A DNA stretch of 63,986 bases, counting the filler, from an uncultured bacterium (GTDB taxonomy: Bacteria > Auribacterota > CAZIXI01): NCBI GenBank assembly GCA_964543115.1. It is 4 parts of 4 records of this genome, joined end to end, with 100 filler letters (N's around TTAATTAATTAA, not from the genome) between each part and the next. Parts side by side here need not be neighbours in the genome. Positions count along the whole stretch, not along the records: positions 35,062 to 52,118 come from CAZIXI010000050.1; positions 52,219 to 63,986 come from CAZIXI010000094.1; 2 more parts are not named here. One strand, written 5' to 3'. Within the stretch, counting starts at the first letter, position 1. Each line of letters starts with the position of its first letter. Positions 38,001 to 52,219 of the stretch are shown here, in pieces. Both the position numbers and the translations under genes were made by a program. Under the pieces are notes generated by a model. That model saw only the letters and a list, made by a program, of their open reading frames with translations, searched no databases and was not told the origin of the DNA.

Positions 38001-41000
38001 TCCAGCAAATATTGTTCATCTTGCAACAACAACAACCTTCTAAATTCTTTCGGCACATCAATGCCAGAGAAATCATCCTCCTTAAAAGCCTCCAACATTA
38101 CCCCTACAGCTTGAGGATTATCAGAATGGCATAATTCAATCGCTGCTCTATCTCGCTCTTTTCTGTTTGTACTTTTAAGCTTATCAACACATATATTAAA
38201 CCGCTGGTCATCAGCTGCAACCTCTTTTTCTTCAATAAATGTATTTTGACAAGCTAAAGAATAAGACATTATCGAAGCTAAAAATATAATCATAGCAACA
38301 AACATTATCTTGCTTTTACTGTTTTTGAAGATAATAAACATTTTTTTAATTACCAAAGGCATTTCTACAAACATAAAAAATAATGGTGATATTACACTAT
38401 ATCCAATACTTAACCTTAACGCCCGCCACCAGGATGTCTTGTGCCTTTTTCTTTCGCGTTTTTCCTTTTTCAAATCTAAGACGTCTTCGACATTCTCTGC
38501 CTGCCAGAATCTTGTAAAACTGAATACCACAAATAACAATTCCGCTGAAATCATTAGCCCCAACGGAATTGTCATAGCTGGAACAAATAAACCAATGACA
38601 AAACCAAGTGCAATAACCGCATGGGCGGCAGAAAGTAATCTGGCAATACTGCTTGCTTCTCTTTTCTTAAACCATTTCCGTCCTTCCTCATCCACTTTAG
38701 AGAGTTCACCGGAATTTACACCTTTATAGAAATGCCCCGTGGTCAAAAGCGTGTGTTTTGGCTTCCCCTCCTTGTCTTTCGATTTTATCGCATGCTCCGA
38801 AAACCATTCAAACAAATCAACCCTAAAAACAAGCCCCAAAATAGCCAAAGGTATTGCCAGCAGTCCGTGTGCAATACCCCTGACAAACCGGTCCTCAATA
38901 AATGTCTTTTTCAATCTTAATTCTTTATATTTAAAAATATTCCAGATGACCGGTATGGCTAATACCGGCGCCAGCGCCGCGTAGATCGGCAATACAGGCA
39001 GAAAACAACTGCTCAGTAAAACCATAACACCTGATAAAAGCGCGCCCAGATAAAGCGGCATATTAGTATAACCATTCTTTAAAAACGGCCCGAAAATAAA
39101 GGCAATCGGGAAGATAACAAAGAAGAACTGCCCAATTACCGCCGCTGGATGGGCGGGAGACAGAAATAATATGGGCAGAAGAATTACTCCCCAGCGGATA
39201 GCACTCTTGAAAGTCAGGTAAAGTTCGGCAAAACTGAGCTGGGGGAAATAGATATCCTTTATCCCGGATGTAAACAGGCCGGCTGTGCCCTCAAAGGCGC
39301 TTCTCACCTTTTCATCATGCATGGGAATAAACGGCAAAAAAGTAAAGACCAGACTCCAGAACCGCGCTAAATACAAAACGTAACTTATCAGCCAATTAGT
39401 AACGGTAGTCACTACGGGAATGTTCCACTTTTTCCAAACGTTTAGTGTTGGTTGATTAATAAACAGCCGCGGCCCGCCGGCGGTTATCGCCTGGGAGAAG
39501 ACATACTGCAGGCTGATAAAAAACAGGGGCAGCGCCAGATAGGCAAAAGGCGTAAACTGCAGGAAGAAGGCAAACAGGAATATCAACAGGTTATAGCGCG
39601 GCACCAGCGGCTTATTAAAATAGAAATCAAAGTTCTGAAACAGCGTGGCTTTTTCCGTCCAATGCAGTTCGTCACTATCCAGCAACTGCTGGAAGTGCAC
39701 GCCTAAAAACGTATCGGTTACCAGCCCGCCGAACCTGTTCACAAACGCCGGCATTGAACCAACAATCATTTCCCGCGGCCGGCCCCAGGTAACCCACGGG
39801 GTATAACTGCCTTTCCAGCCCATCTTCAGCGCCTCGATTGCCGCGCCGGTATCCTCGATATTATCCATATAAGAGCCCCATTCACTCATTGTGCGCCAGC
39901 GAATAATGCCCGGGCCATAATAGGCATGCATACCTATTTCCGCTTCCGCGGGAATCACCCTGGTGTTCCAGTTATCTTCCGCCACCCGGTGATCGGATGC
40001 CGCCGGCATAAAACCATCCACAAACACCCGCAACCGCGTGCATAGCCAGCCCAGATTTTCATCTCCGGCCAGCCTTTGTGAGACAAACGGCAGCAGAAAG
40101 AAATCTGAGGGAAAGAAGAAATGGTCACGATCAGAATTAAGGATCAGCGCATCATCTTTTCCGATACTTTCCAGATATGTTTCGATAAACCGGGCGGTAA
40201 CACTCCAAGTATCTGTCTTGGGCTTCCATTGCTTGCCTACTGCCTGCGGAAAACTATAGTCACTATTACTGTCCCTCCGGGAAACCAATACCCGCCGAAG
40301 GCCTTTCTCGCNNNNNNNNNNTTAACTTCCAGCCGTATCCGCCCACTAGTTGCTCCACCAAAATCTTTACCTGCTCATTATCATCAGAATCATCGGGATT
40401 AATATCTTCATGCGCGGCCATTATCAGCAGATAACGATTTATTTCTTCTTCGATATCCGTGCCCGGAGGTAATATATGCTTCAGCAGCACCTGATAAGCC
40501 AATTCGCCGGCTTCCTGACTGAAGATCTGCGTCTTCAGAAACCCGTCAGCGCGGAAGATCAACCAATCATAAATGATCTGCTGCTGAACCTGCTCGCCCT
40601 CAAGTTTTAACTCTTCAGCTATTACGCGTACTGTTTCTTTAAACGTGAGCTCAAGCTTTAACAATTTCTTTAACGTATCCCGAGAAAGACCGCCAAACTC
40701 TCTTTCCAAATAAATGCGCCAGGATTCACCAAATTGTTCTTTGGCAATATAATAGAGTGATTTCATCACCGGCACCTTCTCCTTGGTGGTACTGGTTTCC
40801 GCCTCTTCCTTGTCAATAAAATCCAGATCCGGCGCCACCCTCTTCTTTCCCGTTCCCTTAAAAATCACCGGCAATAATACTGCGGGATCATCTTTCAACT
40901 GATTAAGCATCTTTTCCAGCTCTCCCTGTCCGAACATTTCTATCTTATTGAAAAACTCAATAACAATTTTTCTGGCCTGGGAATTACTTATGAAAGGCAA

Positions 41001-44000
41001 CTTATGCGCGCCCGGATCATTTATGCCTTCAATAAATGCCTTTCTTTCGTTTTCATCAATCAGATGGTATTTCCAGAGACTGCCTTCAACCAGTACTTCG
41101 ATAAAGGCATCTTTCAGATAGGCACTCTCCAGCCCACTTCCCCTTAATCTATTTAACTGCTTTTTCCCTATCTCCCCATAGGTCTTCAATGTATACCACT
41201 TTTGTCTCGCCTGCACCTTAACCGCCTTGGCCTCAATCAACAGATACCACCAGCTACGGATAGACTCCCTGCTGGTGAAGAGCAGAATAACCATTCCGAT
41301 TGCTTGACCGAACCACGGCAGGATACCCCAAGCATAGTAGATCGAAAACGCCCATAAAGCTACGTTGGCACCAGCCAGCCAGAAAAAATACTGGCGAAAG
41401 AATTGATTCTTTACCTTTAGCTGCTCCTTGATCCCTGGCTGATTCTTATACTTGTATTTAGGTATTGACCTGATTATCCGCCAGATCCCCTTTGGCCAGT
41501 CCGTGAGATGGAACCTGAAATACTTGGCGGTAGTCCATATCTCTTTAACAAGCACGATGGCAATAAACGCGACAAAGAATATGGCGACAACTTCGCCAAA
41601 GCCCGGCCACTGAGCGGTCCACAGTTTTATAATGGAATATACCGCTCCGGCAATAACACCCGAAGCAAGCAGCCCCCGGATCAAATTAGCCAATTTCTTT
41701 AATTTCAACGGATAGATAGAATATTTCAGTCCGTGTTCCTTATAGGCAGAGAGCAGCCAATTCCTTATTTTCTTTTTACTGACACCTTTACTATCACTAT
41801 ATATTTCATTAACGGCGCCCAGTATGTTCTTATCGGTCATTTCCGTTATCGCCTTCATGTCTTTTTTATCAACCAATTCCAATAAATCAAACATCTGCCA
41901 ATTAAGATCAAACCTTAATACGGGATCCGTCTCCTCATCAAAAGCATCATCTTCCAGGCCCTTTTTCTTCTGTGCCTTTTTACAGAACTCCAGCAGCCTC
42001 CTCAAGTCCTGATCCCTGAACGGCGGATAGGCATCCGCTTCTTCCTTATTAACCTTACCTTCATTGTATTTTTTCCATTTTCCATGCTGGGGAATAAGTA
42101 ACGCGAGGAACATATAGGAGATGGGCTCAACAAACCACTTTTCGATGAATTCTTCCCGTCTCATATCTCCCAGCCGCATATTAAACAGATCTTCATCAAC
42201 AGTATCACCATTGCTTTTTGGTCCCATCCTTTTGGGATGCCCGTCAGGATAAAACATATCCACAATCTTCTCTAATTCAGCATCGTTGGTTATGCGATAG
42301 AATTTCATCAGGTATTCGGTAAACGGACCGATAAGATAAAGATGACGGTTTATTTCCGCGATCCTGGCCCTGATCCTCTGTTCTTCCTTGGCTTTTGCCC
42401 CATCGCCGGCGCCTTTAGGCTCTGTTTCCGCTGAGGTCCTTGCCGGCTTCCGCCACAACAGCCAAGAAAGAAAACGGGTAAACATTAACAATAACAACGG
42501 CAGCAATAAAGTGATTAATAAAATTCCCGCAGAGACAACCGCCACCATCGGCACAATAGTCTTTCTTTCTTTCGCTTCCAGAATAACATTATAGATCCAG
42601 TTATTTTTGGCATGTTCCTTAAAATGTATCCTGAAATATTCTTCGATCCGGTCCCAGCCCTTCTTAACATAATTGCGCCAGACCACCGGCGTGAACCGGC
42701 TGCGTTTTTCCTTGATCACGTCTCCCTGAAAAAAATACGCGCCTTTTCTCTGGGCCACCTTCTCCGCCTTATCAGCGGGCAGTACCTGAACTTTTTTCGT
42801 TTTTTTGGTTACCTGCCGGCCGTCAACAAATTCCGCCAACTCACGTTTCGCTTCCGGCCAGGCACCTGCCTCGACATCTTCATCCCAGATCCACATATAG
42901 CCGTTTTTATCTTCCACCAGCGCCACATGATGCACTTTAGACAACTCTTCCCGCTCACCGTCTACGGCCACCGTATACGCGGGCAGAGCGCGCATATCAT
43001 GGTAAACGATCGCCTCCGGCTGTTTTAACGGTATGCGTAGATGCCGCTCATAGACCATGCCCAGCACCAGCCGGCCATCCGGATAAAACGCCCTTCCGGT
43101 TATACTCTTTTTGTTTTCGCGGCTATCCTTAACATCAAGAGTAAATATCCAATTCCCGTCGGCCATCTCCACCAGCTCTAAATTATTGTTTTCAGCTACC
43201 GTCTCCTGCCCCTCATAATCGCTTTCTACCTTGGAACCGCTGTATTCATAGGTCCTGCCGCCCTGAGAAATACTCATCAATGAAAATACGCTCTTCTCCG
43301 GATAAATGAGAAAGGAAATGTACCCGGGCTCGCCGGCAGCAAAACCATTCTTCCCGATCTCCGTGTAACCGTCCCTGATAATGGTTATTATCCCGCGGTT
43401 ATTTCTCGTTTCCGACCACACCTTACTGATCCAATCCAATCCCAGTTTTTCAAATATGATCCGCCCCTGCTCATCTTCTAACCGGGCGCGATCAAACGCT
43501 CCATACCCCTGTTTGACTTCATAATGCAGCCGGCCCCGCTTATCCATCTGCACAGAATTGGAAACAGTGGATATTTCCTGTCTGCCTTCCGTCATTAAAA
43601 CATCGATAGTGTGATCCGATATATCGTATTTTCCGAATTTCGAGCCGTAATCAAAAAACCGCCGGCGCACCACCACTTCTTTCGGAATAACCGGTGAATC
43701 ATATACCTTATCTAGCTGCGGCAGCCTGTCTTCAAACAATCTATATTCATTTTCCAGCCGTCCATGTTTATCCTTTACCTCAATATGTTGGGTTTCCGTG
43801 CGCGCGCCGCTTCTTTCTTGTTTATAGAAATTTTTGACCTTATAAGCCAGCCGGCCATGCTCATCAAACAGGTTGTCTATATTTACCGGCACATTAGTAT
43901 ACGTTCCTATTTGGTCCCACTGTACAAGCTGCTGCTCTTCGTAAAACTGCTCTATATCCGCTATCTCACCCGCCAGTAAGCCGGTCAATTTACTGATTTC

Positions 44001-47000
44001 AATTATCGCGGATACACTTATCGGCCCATAATCATGATTTTTAGCACCATACTTGTCTGTGGCCCAAGCCTTGGTGGCGTAGGGGTAATGCAAAAAACCC
44101 AAGATGCCTTTATCATAATGGAGTTCGTAGGCAATCTCATGCTCAGCCAAAAAGCCGCCGTCCACGGATGTCTTCATATCATATTTCTTTTCCAGCCGCC
44201 CCCGCACATCCATGATCTCCTTCCAATGCAGCCTGGAAACATGATTCTGGATGTAATAGGTTACCTGTCCATCGATAAAGCTTTCGGTCAAAGAAACCGT
44301 AAACGGTTTCCCCTCCACAGCCGTTTCTGAACGATGGGCGATATCATAGAGCCCGAATTTATTATCATCATAAAAGACATACTTTGTCTTTCTCAACGAA
44401 CCATCCGGCCTTTTTTCTTCTTTCAATACCGTTCTTCCCTTATTATCCCTGGCCTCGGCCCACTTGAGTTTTCTTAAGACATGATTAAAATTAATCTTAA
44501 CCTGCCCCTGACTGTCAATAAATTTGAACACACCTGCCGGATAGAAGTTAGTTTCCAATTCTGATTTCGAAACCAGCCGTTTCCCATCGGCACTGTTTTG
44601 GTCATAAATATGCGTTTCTGTTTTTTCCGCGATCCCTAACAACCTGTAAACGGGTTCCGAATAATTATTTCCCGTTTCCACCATTGGAACAAATTCATTT
44701 TCCCCGTCGATATAGCCATCATATTTCATTTCAGTTACGCCGCGTTTATCCTTTAACTCCTGCCAGACCAGTCCCGGACGTTTCAAATCTTCTATCTGAA
44801 CAAGGGTACGGCCCTCATTATCCAGATAACCTCCGCCGGGAAATTTTAAAAGAGAGGATTGGCTGAGCTGTTCACCGCGCTGGAGCAGGTATTCATCTTT
44901 AACCGCATCATACCGCCACTCTGCCACATACGTGCGCGCCGACCGGGCCACACCCAGAATACCCATTAAACCCCTGTCATAACCATACCGGGTAAACTTA
45001 CGATAGACGAATTCTCCCGGATCATACGTCCGGCCATTGAGCGATACCTGTTTATCTGTAACATACCCGTCATATTCCACTGCCAGTCTGCCCCGGCCAT
45101 CCAGAGCGGTAATCTTAACAACCTTGGTGATCTTATTAACATTTGTTATTACCACGTTGCCTTGCGCGTCCGTAAATTTTCCGTTTACGTCCCCCTGCAG
45201 CAGGGAAGAGGAAACATGAACAGGTTCCTCGGTCTTAAACAAATAATACGTGCGTGCCTCTCTGGCGATACCCAGAAAACCGGCAATGCCTTTTAAATCA
45301 TTTTCCGTTGCTGTCCACCGTTGAAACTCCCCGCCGGCTATTTCACCATCATATACGCACGCGGTCCGGCCCAGCTTGTCCTTCACTTCCTGCCGGGTAA
45401 TCTTTTTCTGCTGATCGGTTGTCTCTACAAGAACCTCACCCTCACTATTGACATACGCGCCGTCCGCGAAAGTAACCGCTCTGGCCGAGGAAATATGTTC
45501 CCCGGTATTGTATAAATAGGTTTCGCCGCCAGAAGCAATATCTCTTTTAGCCAGTTCCGGCACTTCATAGAAAAAATCCGTTACCGTATCGATGATAAAC
45601 CGGCCATCTTCCAAATGCCCGTCGTAACGCCACAACACCCTGTCGCCAGCCAGATCCTGCACCTCCTGCCAGACGAGGTTCGTCTTTAAGCTCCTAAACT
45701 GAACCTTCTTCCTCCCCTCACTATCCAGATAGCTCCCGTCTTCCCAAGGGATAAGCTGGGTCTCATAAACCGCCACCCCGTTTACCTCGACAATGCTTCT
45801 TCTGGCCAATGGACTTAACCGGGAGAGGAAGTCATACTGCTTTGTTACTATGTTATATGTTTCTCCCTTCAGCTGAACCGTTTCTTCTTTTTCTCGCAAC
45901 TGGCCGTACTGGTTATACCATTCCACCCAGGTCCTGTTCTTCTCATGGTGGGTCATGGTAACCGCGACAACGGTCTCCCGTGATCCGTTTTCATTATCAA
46001 TTCCTTTAACCAGCGGTTTGCCGTCTTCCCCGAACAATACCTCTCCACTCTGCAACAGTGTCCCATCACCATCCCCGACCGCCATTTGTGAGGCAAACCG
46101 CGTGCCCAATAAAAACTTCATATTGCGCGTAATCTTATCGCTGCCGTCTTTGCTCCGGGATACCATCTCTCCATCATAATTATAAAATTCCACGTATCTC
46201 TCTCCAACAGCGTTATCCGTTGCCGTTGACTCGAGGCCGCCTGCCTTCAGCTCACCGTCCGCTTCCCATATTTTTTCATCAGTCTCCTTATCAATGACAA
46301 CACTTCCGGCCGGTGATTCAGTGCCCGGAACAATACCCGTATAATAAGTGCGCAGGCCGTGCGCGCCGTCTACCTCATCAATCATTAAAGGATCACCGTC
46401 TATATCAGTATATTCAATAGAGTGTATTTCAAAGGGAAAATAATCTGTGACGTCACTTCTCGTGGCCCTGACCCGGTCCCCCTTTTCCGGTATTTCCAGA
46501 TCATGGATTACCGGCACATTCCAGTCCTCATCCCAATCGGTATGGGCATATCTGGTTTTGTCTGTATCTCCATTATCCGCTAAAGCAAGCTGATAAACCT
46601 CATATGAGGCGCCGGCGCCAAGCAGCACACCTTTATGCACCGTAGCCGCTACACCATCTTGTTTTTCCCTCATCCTCAACGCCTGGTCACCAAACCCTGT
46701 CTGATACAAGTCGTATTGCACATCTTCTCCATTATCCTCCTGAAACAATCTTTCCACTACCCGGTAACGATAGAGCGGGAACAACTGCGGATCACACCGA
46801 TCAGCATCCCAGATATCCGTGATTGCCGGCTCAAAATCCAACCGGCTATAGGCCAACGGCAAATTATCCTCACCCAAGAGCAGGAATCTTTCCCGTATCT
46901 TTGCCGCACCCTTTCTGACAATAATTTTCCCGCTGTCTTTATCTATAATTATATCTCCTTTATAGTATTCATCTACTTTTGCCGCGAACGACGAGCTGTA

Positions 47001-50000
47001 GATATACTCACTGGCCACGGCCTTTACCTTTGGCGTATCGTACACCAGCGTCTGACCGCGGCGGTTCTTGTATTCATCGCTGCTGCTGCCATTAACAACA
47101 TTGGTAACTTTATTATTATAAAGATAAAGAATATCTCCGGCAGAGCCGGTATATGTATAGATCTTTGGCAACCCGCTGCCCTTCTCCGGTTCTAGCTCTG
47201 TCGCCCGCACCACGCCCCTATTTACTTTTACAGCCGGATTTATCAGCACGCTGTTCATGGCCTTACCCGTACCCGGGTAATAGTTCCAGTATTTTTCCCT
47301 AAACCCTGTTAACTTGCCATCAGTGCCCAGATACTCCCGTTCCATCAGGTTACCGTTTGCTATATCTATAGAATCTACATATTGTACCTTGCGAATCTTA
47401 TCTTCAGTATACACCTTGATCACCCTATGTTTTTTTCCGGCGCGATCAACATACAACTCCATCCGGGGCTGTCCATTTTCAGCTAGATCTTTTTCGCGAA
47501 CATAACTGTTCTTAAGAATCCCGGCCACCGGGTCAAGCTGCAATCCTTTTAGATACTTACCTTCAACAACAACACTGTTTAGGGATATGTTTGTCCCCAG
47601 TAAAGTCTTAAGATTCACCGTTACCTCATCCCCGTCTACTTTTAACACCGAGGCCCCGGCCACATCCACATATTCCTCCCATTCCTCCCCCGTGCGCAAA
47701 TCTTTCCTGATCACTTGGCGCACATTAAGCACAATATCACCATAGCTAAAATTTTTGAAGATAGGCCGACCATTCCTAGCTAACCAGTCACCCGGAATTC
47801 TGGTTTCTTCTACCGCGTGCCAATTATCATCAATACCTTTAGAGTATTTGGTAGATTTTCCCGGGATGTTTGTTCCGGGGACAAAATCTTCATTCTCGAT
47901 CATCACCGTGCGACGCTCGGCGAGTAGCCGCACCTCCCTTACAGGCTGCCCTAGGGCATTACGGCTGACAAGATAATTGCCCCGCTTGTTTTTACTGACA
48001 AAATTCTCCACTTCATATATCCGGTAACCATAATCATCTATCCCCATAAATGTATGCCCTTCTAAATCATAAAGTTTTGTGCCCTGACGATCCTCGACCC
48101 TGATCCTGGTTTTATCAGCCAGGGGCAGTGTGGAATCCCCATGAAATTCTGTTTCCGAAACTATCCTGCCCCCGTCCGGCAGTACCAACTCCGTCTTTAT
48201 ATCCTGCCCGAGAAAATTGCGGTGTTTTATCCACTGAACACCGGCATTATCTGTATAATCATATACCAGCAGGCCTTTTTTTCTATCAACTTCCAGCAGC
48301 TCACCCCTGCCGATTTTTATTCTCTCCCCCCTTTCATTAATTACATAATCCGTGTACCCCTGCGGCACATCTTGCGTAAGGGGAATAAGACTGTCGGCTG
48401 CGGAAATCACGTCTCCCGTAGTCCTTTTGATTAACTGCCCCGTGCTCAAATCCGTTTCCACCGTTTCCCTCACTGAATGCCTGCCGCCATCCCGGTCATA
48501 CACAAAATGCTTTGTTATCTCTATCCTTTTAGTCGATAAAATTCCTCTAACCGCAACCCCTTCAAAAGGGGTACCCGCCTGTTTTTTAATTTCCTTATGG
48601 GCCAGCGGCCTGGCAGCAGACTTAAGTATTATCCGCGTATCCTCTACCTCAACCGCCGAGCGCCGGTACACATATCCGCTCTTGCCGTCTGTGCTGATAT
48701 ACACCGTCTCCTGACTAACATGCACGACCGTATCACCCCGGCGATTCTTATATTCATCCCGTGACGGCCGACCCAGCAAGAGATCTCTAAAATTATGTTG
48801 ATAAAGTTTTACTGTTTCCCAGCCGCCCTCTTCGTCCTGATAACTAAATTCGTATATCCTGAACAGCCCATTTTTCCCCCGGGCCACCGTACCTGACTCT
48901 ACTTCCTCTCCCTGCTTGATCCTCGTACTGTAACCTGCTCTCTGATTGCCCGAGATAAATCCCCCGAATAGATCTATTCTACCATCCTGATATTTCCTCT
49001 TTAGCAGATTGCCTGTATTTAAATCTATATCGTCTATATATTCGTTCCCACCATTCTCATAGTCTATTGTCTTAACTCTGGCAACCTTATCCTTAGATAC
49101 TTTTGGAAAACCGCTTTTTTCATATTCTAAGGGAGCACTTTCCCTGAGGATTTCACTTTCATATCCCTCACGCAGGAAAATACCTGCCTTAGTAATAACT
49201 AGATATTTAATCGGAACAGCAATTGTCCTTGTAGCAACATTAGCGCCAAAAATTCGACCTGTATTAACAACTGCCTCATCACCATCCAGAATTAGCACTG
49301 TACTGCCATCTTCAGCGAGAAACACCCGGTATTGCTCATCTGTCTCCACATCAGTAATTATCCTTTCGGATACATTAACTAGTTTCGTCTGACCATTCTG
49401 CGGATCCGTATAAACGAAGTTCTTATAGATAATCCCTCCCTGAACCGGGTCTATTGCCGTATCCGGCAGGCTTGATTTCTTCAGAGGATACTGCTTGCCG
49501 CCGATTATCGCATAAGTAGTGGTGGTCCGGGGAGTACCATCAGGAAGGTATTCATCTATTACTGTTTTTACCTTTTCTTGTTGAGAAACAATTTCCTGCG
49601 TCCTGCCCTGATAAACATCCTGAGCTACATCGCTTTCTATCTCACCGGGTAGATCTGTATATTCATATACCAACTGGCCATTCTCGACAAGCGGCTTACC
49701 ATCCTTTCTCTTCAACATCCGCTTTCCTTTTAGGTGCTGTTTACCATCCACACCCACAATATAATCTTCATATTCCTCAAAAACATCTGCTGTTCCTGGC
49801 ATCAATTTTTTTGGAATACTGATTACGCCGCTCTTCTCTCTTTTTAAGATCTCTTTCGTTTGATAATCCCGGATCACTACCTCCTTTACTTCAGCCTTCT
49901 TCCCGCCTGCCTCTTTGTGATGATGCAGTGTTGTTTCCACCAGCACATTTCCTTCCTTTTGCCACTTAGTGCTGGCGGAAACCTCAGGGCGCGGCATACC

Positions 50001-52118
50001 GGTTACAAAATCCACCAGGAATGTTTCACTGGAACCTTTCTTCCCCTCAATGCCTTTTATCTGAATAAGCTTAGTAAACACATAATTACCTCTTTTATCC
50101 CTATACCCGATAAGTTTCTTTGTCGGATTACCGTCCCCGTCTTTTTCCAGTATCCGCTCTACCCGGTAACTGACACCGCCAACGGGTTTTATAAAGAGCG
50201 GAGAGAGAAAGGAATTCGGCCTGGGCCGGCCAGCCAAAAGCGGCGGTCTGCTCATATCTATCCCCAAATCCCCGGCCCAACTGTTATATTCCGCCCGCGC
50301 GCCAAGATAGCGCTCAATAGTTGTTACGGTATTACCTCTGGCATCCAATTCCGTCCGCGCCCAGCTGGTCACCAGATCCGTTCCCGGCAGAATTGTCACA
50401 ACGTCCGTTGGTAAAAATTCCAGCCGGCCGGTAAGGGAATTGAAATTAAAGATCCTGCCGTTATAGGCCTTTAAACTAATCTGACCATCTTTTGATTCCA
50501 GAGAATCATAGGCCTGGCCAGCTTTGTAGATGGTCTCCGCGTTTCTAAAGATTAGTTCCAGGTCGCCGGAAATAAGCCGCAGGTGCGCCTGGTCCGTTGC
50601 CTGGGCTGGGCCAAACAGGCCGGGCCCGGCATAATCCCGCACCTTATCTTTTATCTTGTTGGCAATCTCACAGTATTTTATTACTTCATCAGCGTTCCGC
50701 CACAACTTGCCGCTGCCCACTCCTATTTTCTCAGCAAAATAGAACAATGCCTGATGCATAAACCGGCGATTATCCAGATTAGTCAAACTGTACCCCGTAC
50801 TTATCTGGGCCAGATTAAACTGCCTGCCGGAAAATCTACTAATACTATCTAAGAGCAATGAATTGAATTCAGGATTCTGCATTAGCTGCGCCACATCTTT
50901 TAATACATCAATATAATCATCTACCCTGTCATTCATCGCCGTTTCCAGCAAGCTGTAACGGCTCTTATCCAAACCAATCTTATTATCGCCCACACCGGTG
51001 TTCTTAATATATTTAACTAAACCAAATAATTCATCCACAACCACTGAAAACAATCTCTGCTCTTTGGCGTTGCCGCTCAGGTTGTGCCAGTCGGTAATGG
51101 GATAAATTGATTTACCGCCGTTGGCTACTACCTGAAAATAATAATTATCCGCCAGCCTAACAACCATTTTTACAAGGCTGATATAATCCTCGGCACTGTG
51201 AATCCCCCCTTCCCGCCACTCCTCGTTATTCTCTATGTTCCACGTTATCCCCAGCAAAAAAGCCAGCAGGGGCGTGACGTTTTTGTCCAAAGACTGGCTA
51301 AACAGCTTGATGTCTTCCGCCGGATCATTGGAATATTTCCTGCCCCAGTCAATATCAACGCCAAAGGGCAGATCCAGATTAAACAGTTTCTGGAAACCGC
51401 GATCACCGGCAATCTTAAACATGGCCTTGAACGCAGTAAGATACTCTCCAGCGGAACCATAACCGCCTTTACCGGACAGATAACCATTCTCCCTGAACCA
51501 GCGCTCGTTATAAGAAAGATCCCGCGAGCTGCCTATCCACTGATCGGCCAGACCAAAAACAAATGAAAACACATGTCGCTTTGTGATATCCTGCCAATCC
51601 CTGGCCAGAATATCGTTTGGAATATTAAAGAACTGCCGGAACTCCGCGTCCCGCAGCAGTTCCAGCACCTCCGCGGCATTTTCAAAATAATGCCCCGCAA
51701 TATCCTGCATATTTTTATCTCCACTAGAGAGCGCCGCCCGATAAATATCAAATCCGCCTGGTTTAGCGGAATCTAATGCGGCATGCGGCGGCACCGCGCC
51801 CAAATAAGTTTTGATTACCCCGAAGACGATACTGCTTAAGATCTCCCAATCATCAATTTCCGCCTCCGGCACATCCCAGGGTATTTTACCCTTAGTAAAA
51901 TGCGCCGTGCCCTGTATATTACCGGCATATAAATCTTTAACAACGTTCGCGCTCTGGGAATTCGTTTTCATTTGCCGCAGCAATTCCGTTAAAGCCGGAA
52001 CCGTGTATTCAAAATAAAAATTTATCCTGTCCGAAACCGGCACCTTTACCTCGCTAACCTCTGAGCCAACCTGTTTTGCTATCCGCGGATACCTGATTAT
52101 GTTCCAGGCAATATCCGT
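35062..52118 (-). CDS. Probable single giant protein (~5,700 aa, both ends truncated): helical region, long beta-repeat region, TM, FKS/GT48-like glucan synthase, HEAT repeats, TM, Cys cluster, Nudix
   Basis: Joins track ORFs 40266-52043, 37178-40288 and 35010-37163. Each frame is open right up to the 10-N gaps (37183-37192, 40312-40321) and to the linkers, and domain content continues across both gaps (GT48-like motifs; HEAT repeats). Confidence 0.8.
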
Positions 52119-52218
52119 NNNNNNNNNNNNNNNNNNNNNNNNNNNNNNNNNNNNNNNNNNNNTTAATTAATTAANNNNNNNNNNNNNNNNNNNNNNNNNN
52201 NNNNNNNNNNNNNNNNNN
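52119..52218. other. Artificial contig linker
   Basis: N44-TTAATTAATTAA-N44. Confidence 0.97.
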
Positions 52219-52219
52219 T

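Noticed and set aside
37183..40321. Apparent frameshifts between the 3925-, 1036- and 717-aa ORFs (pseudogene or programmed frameshift)
   Set aside because: Both shifts coincide exactly with 10-N scaffold gaps of unknown true length.
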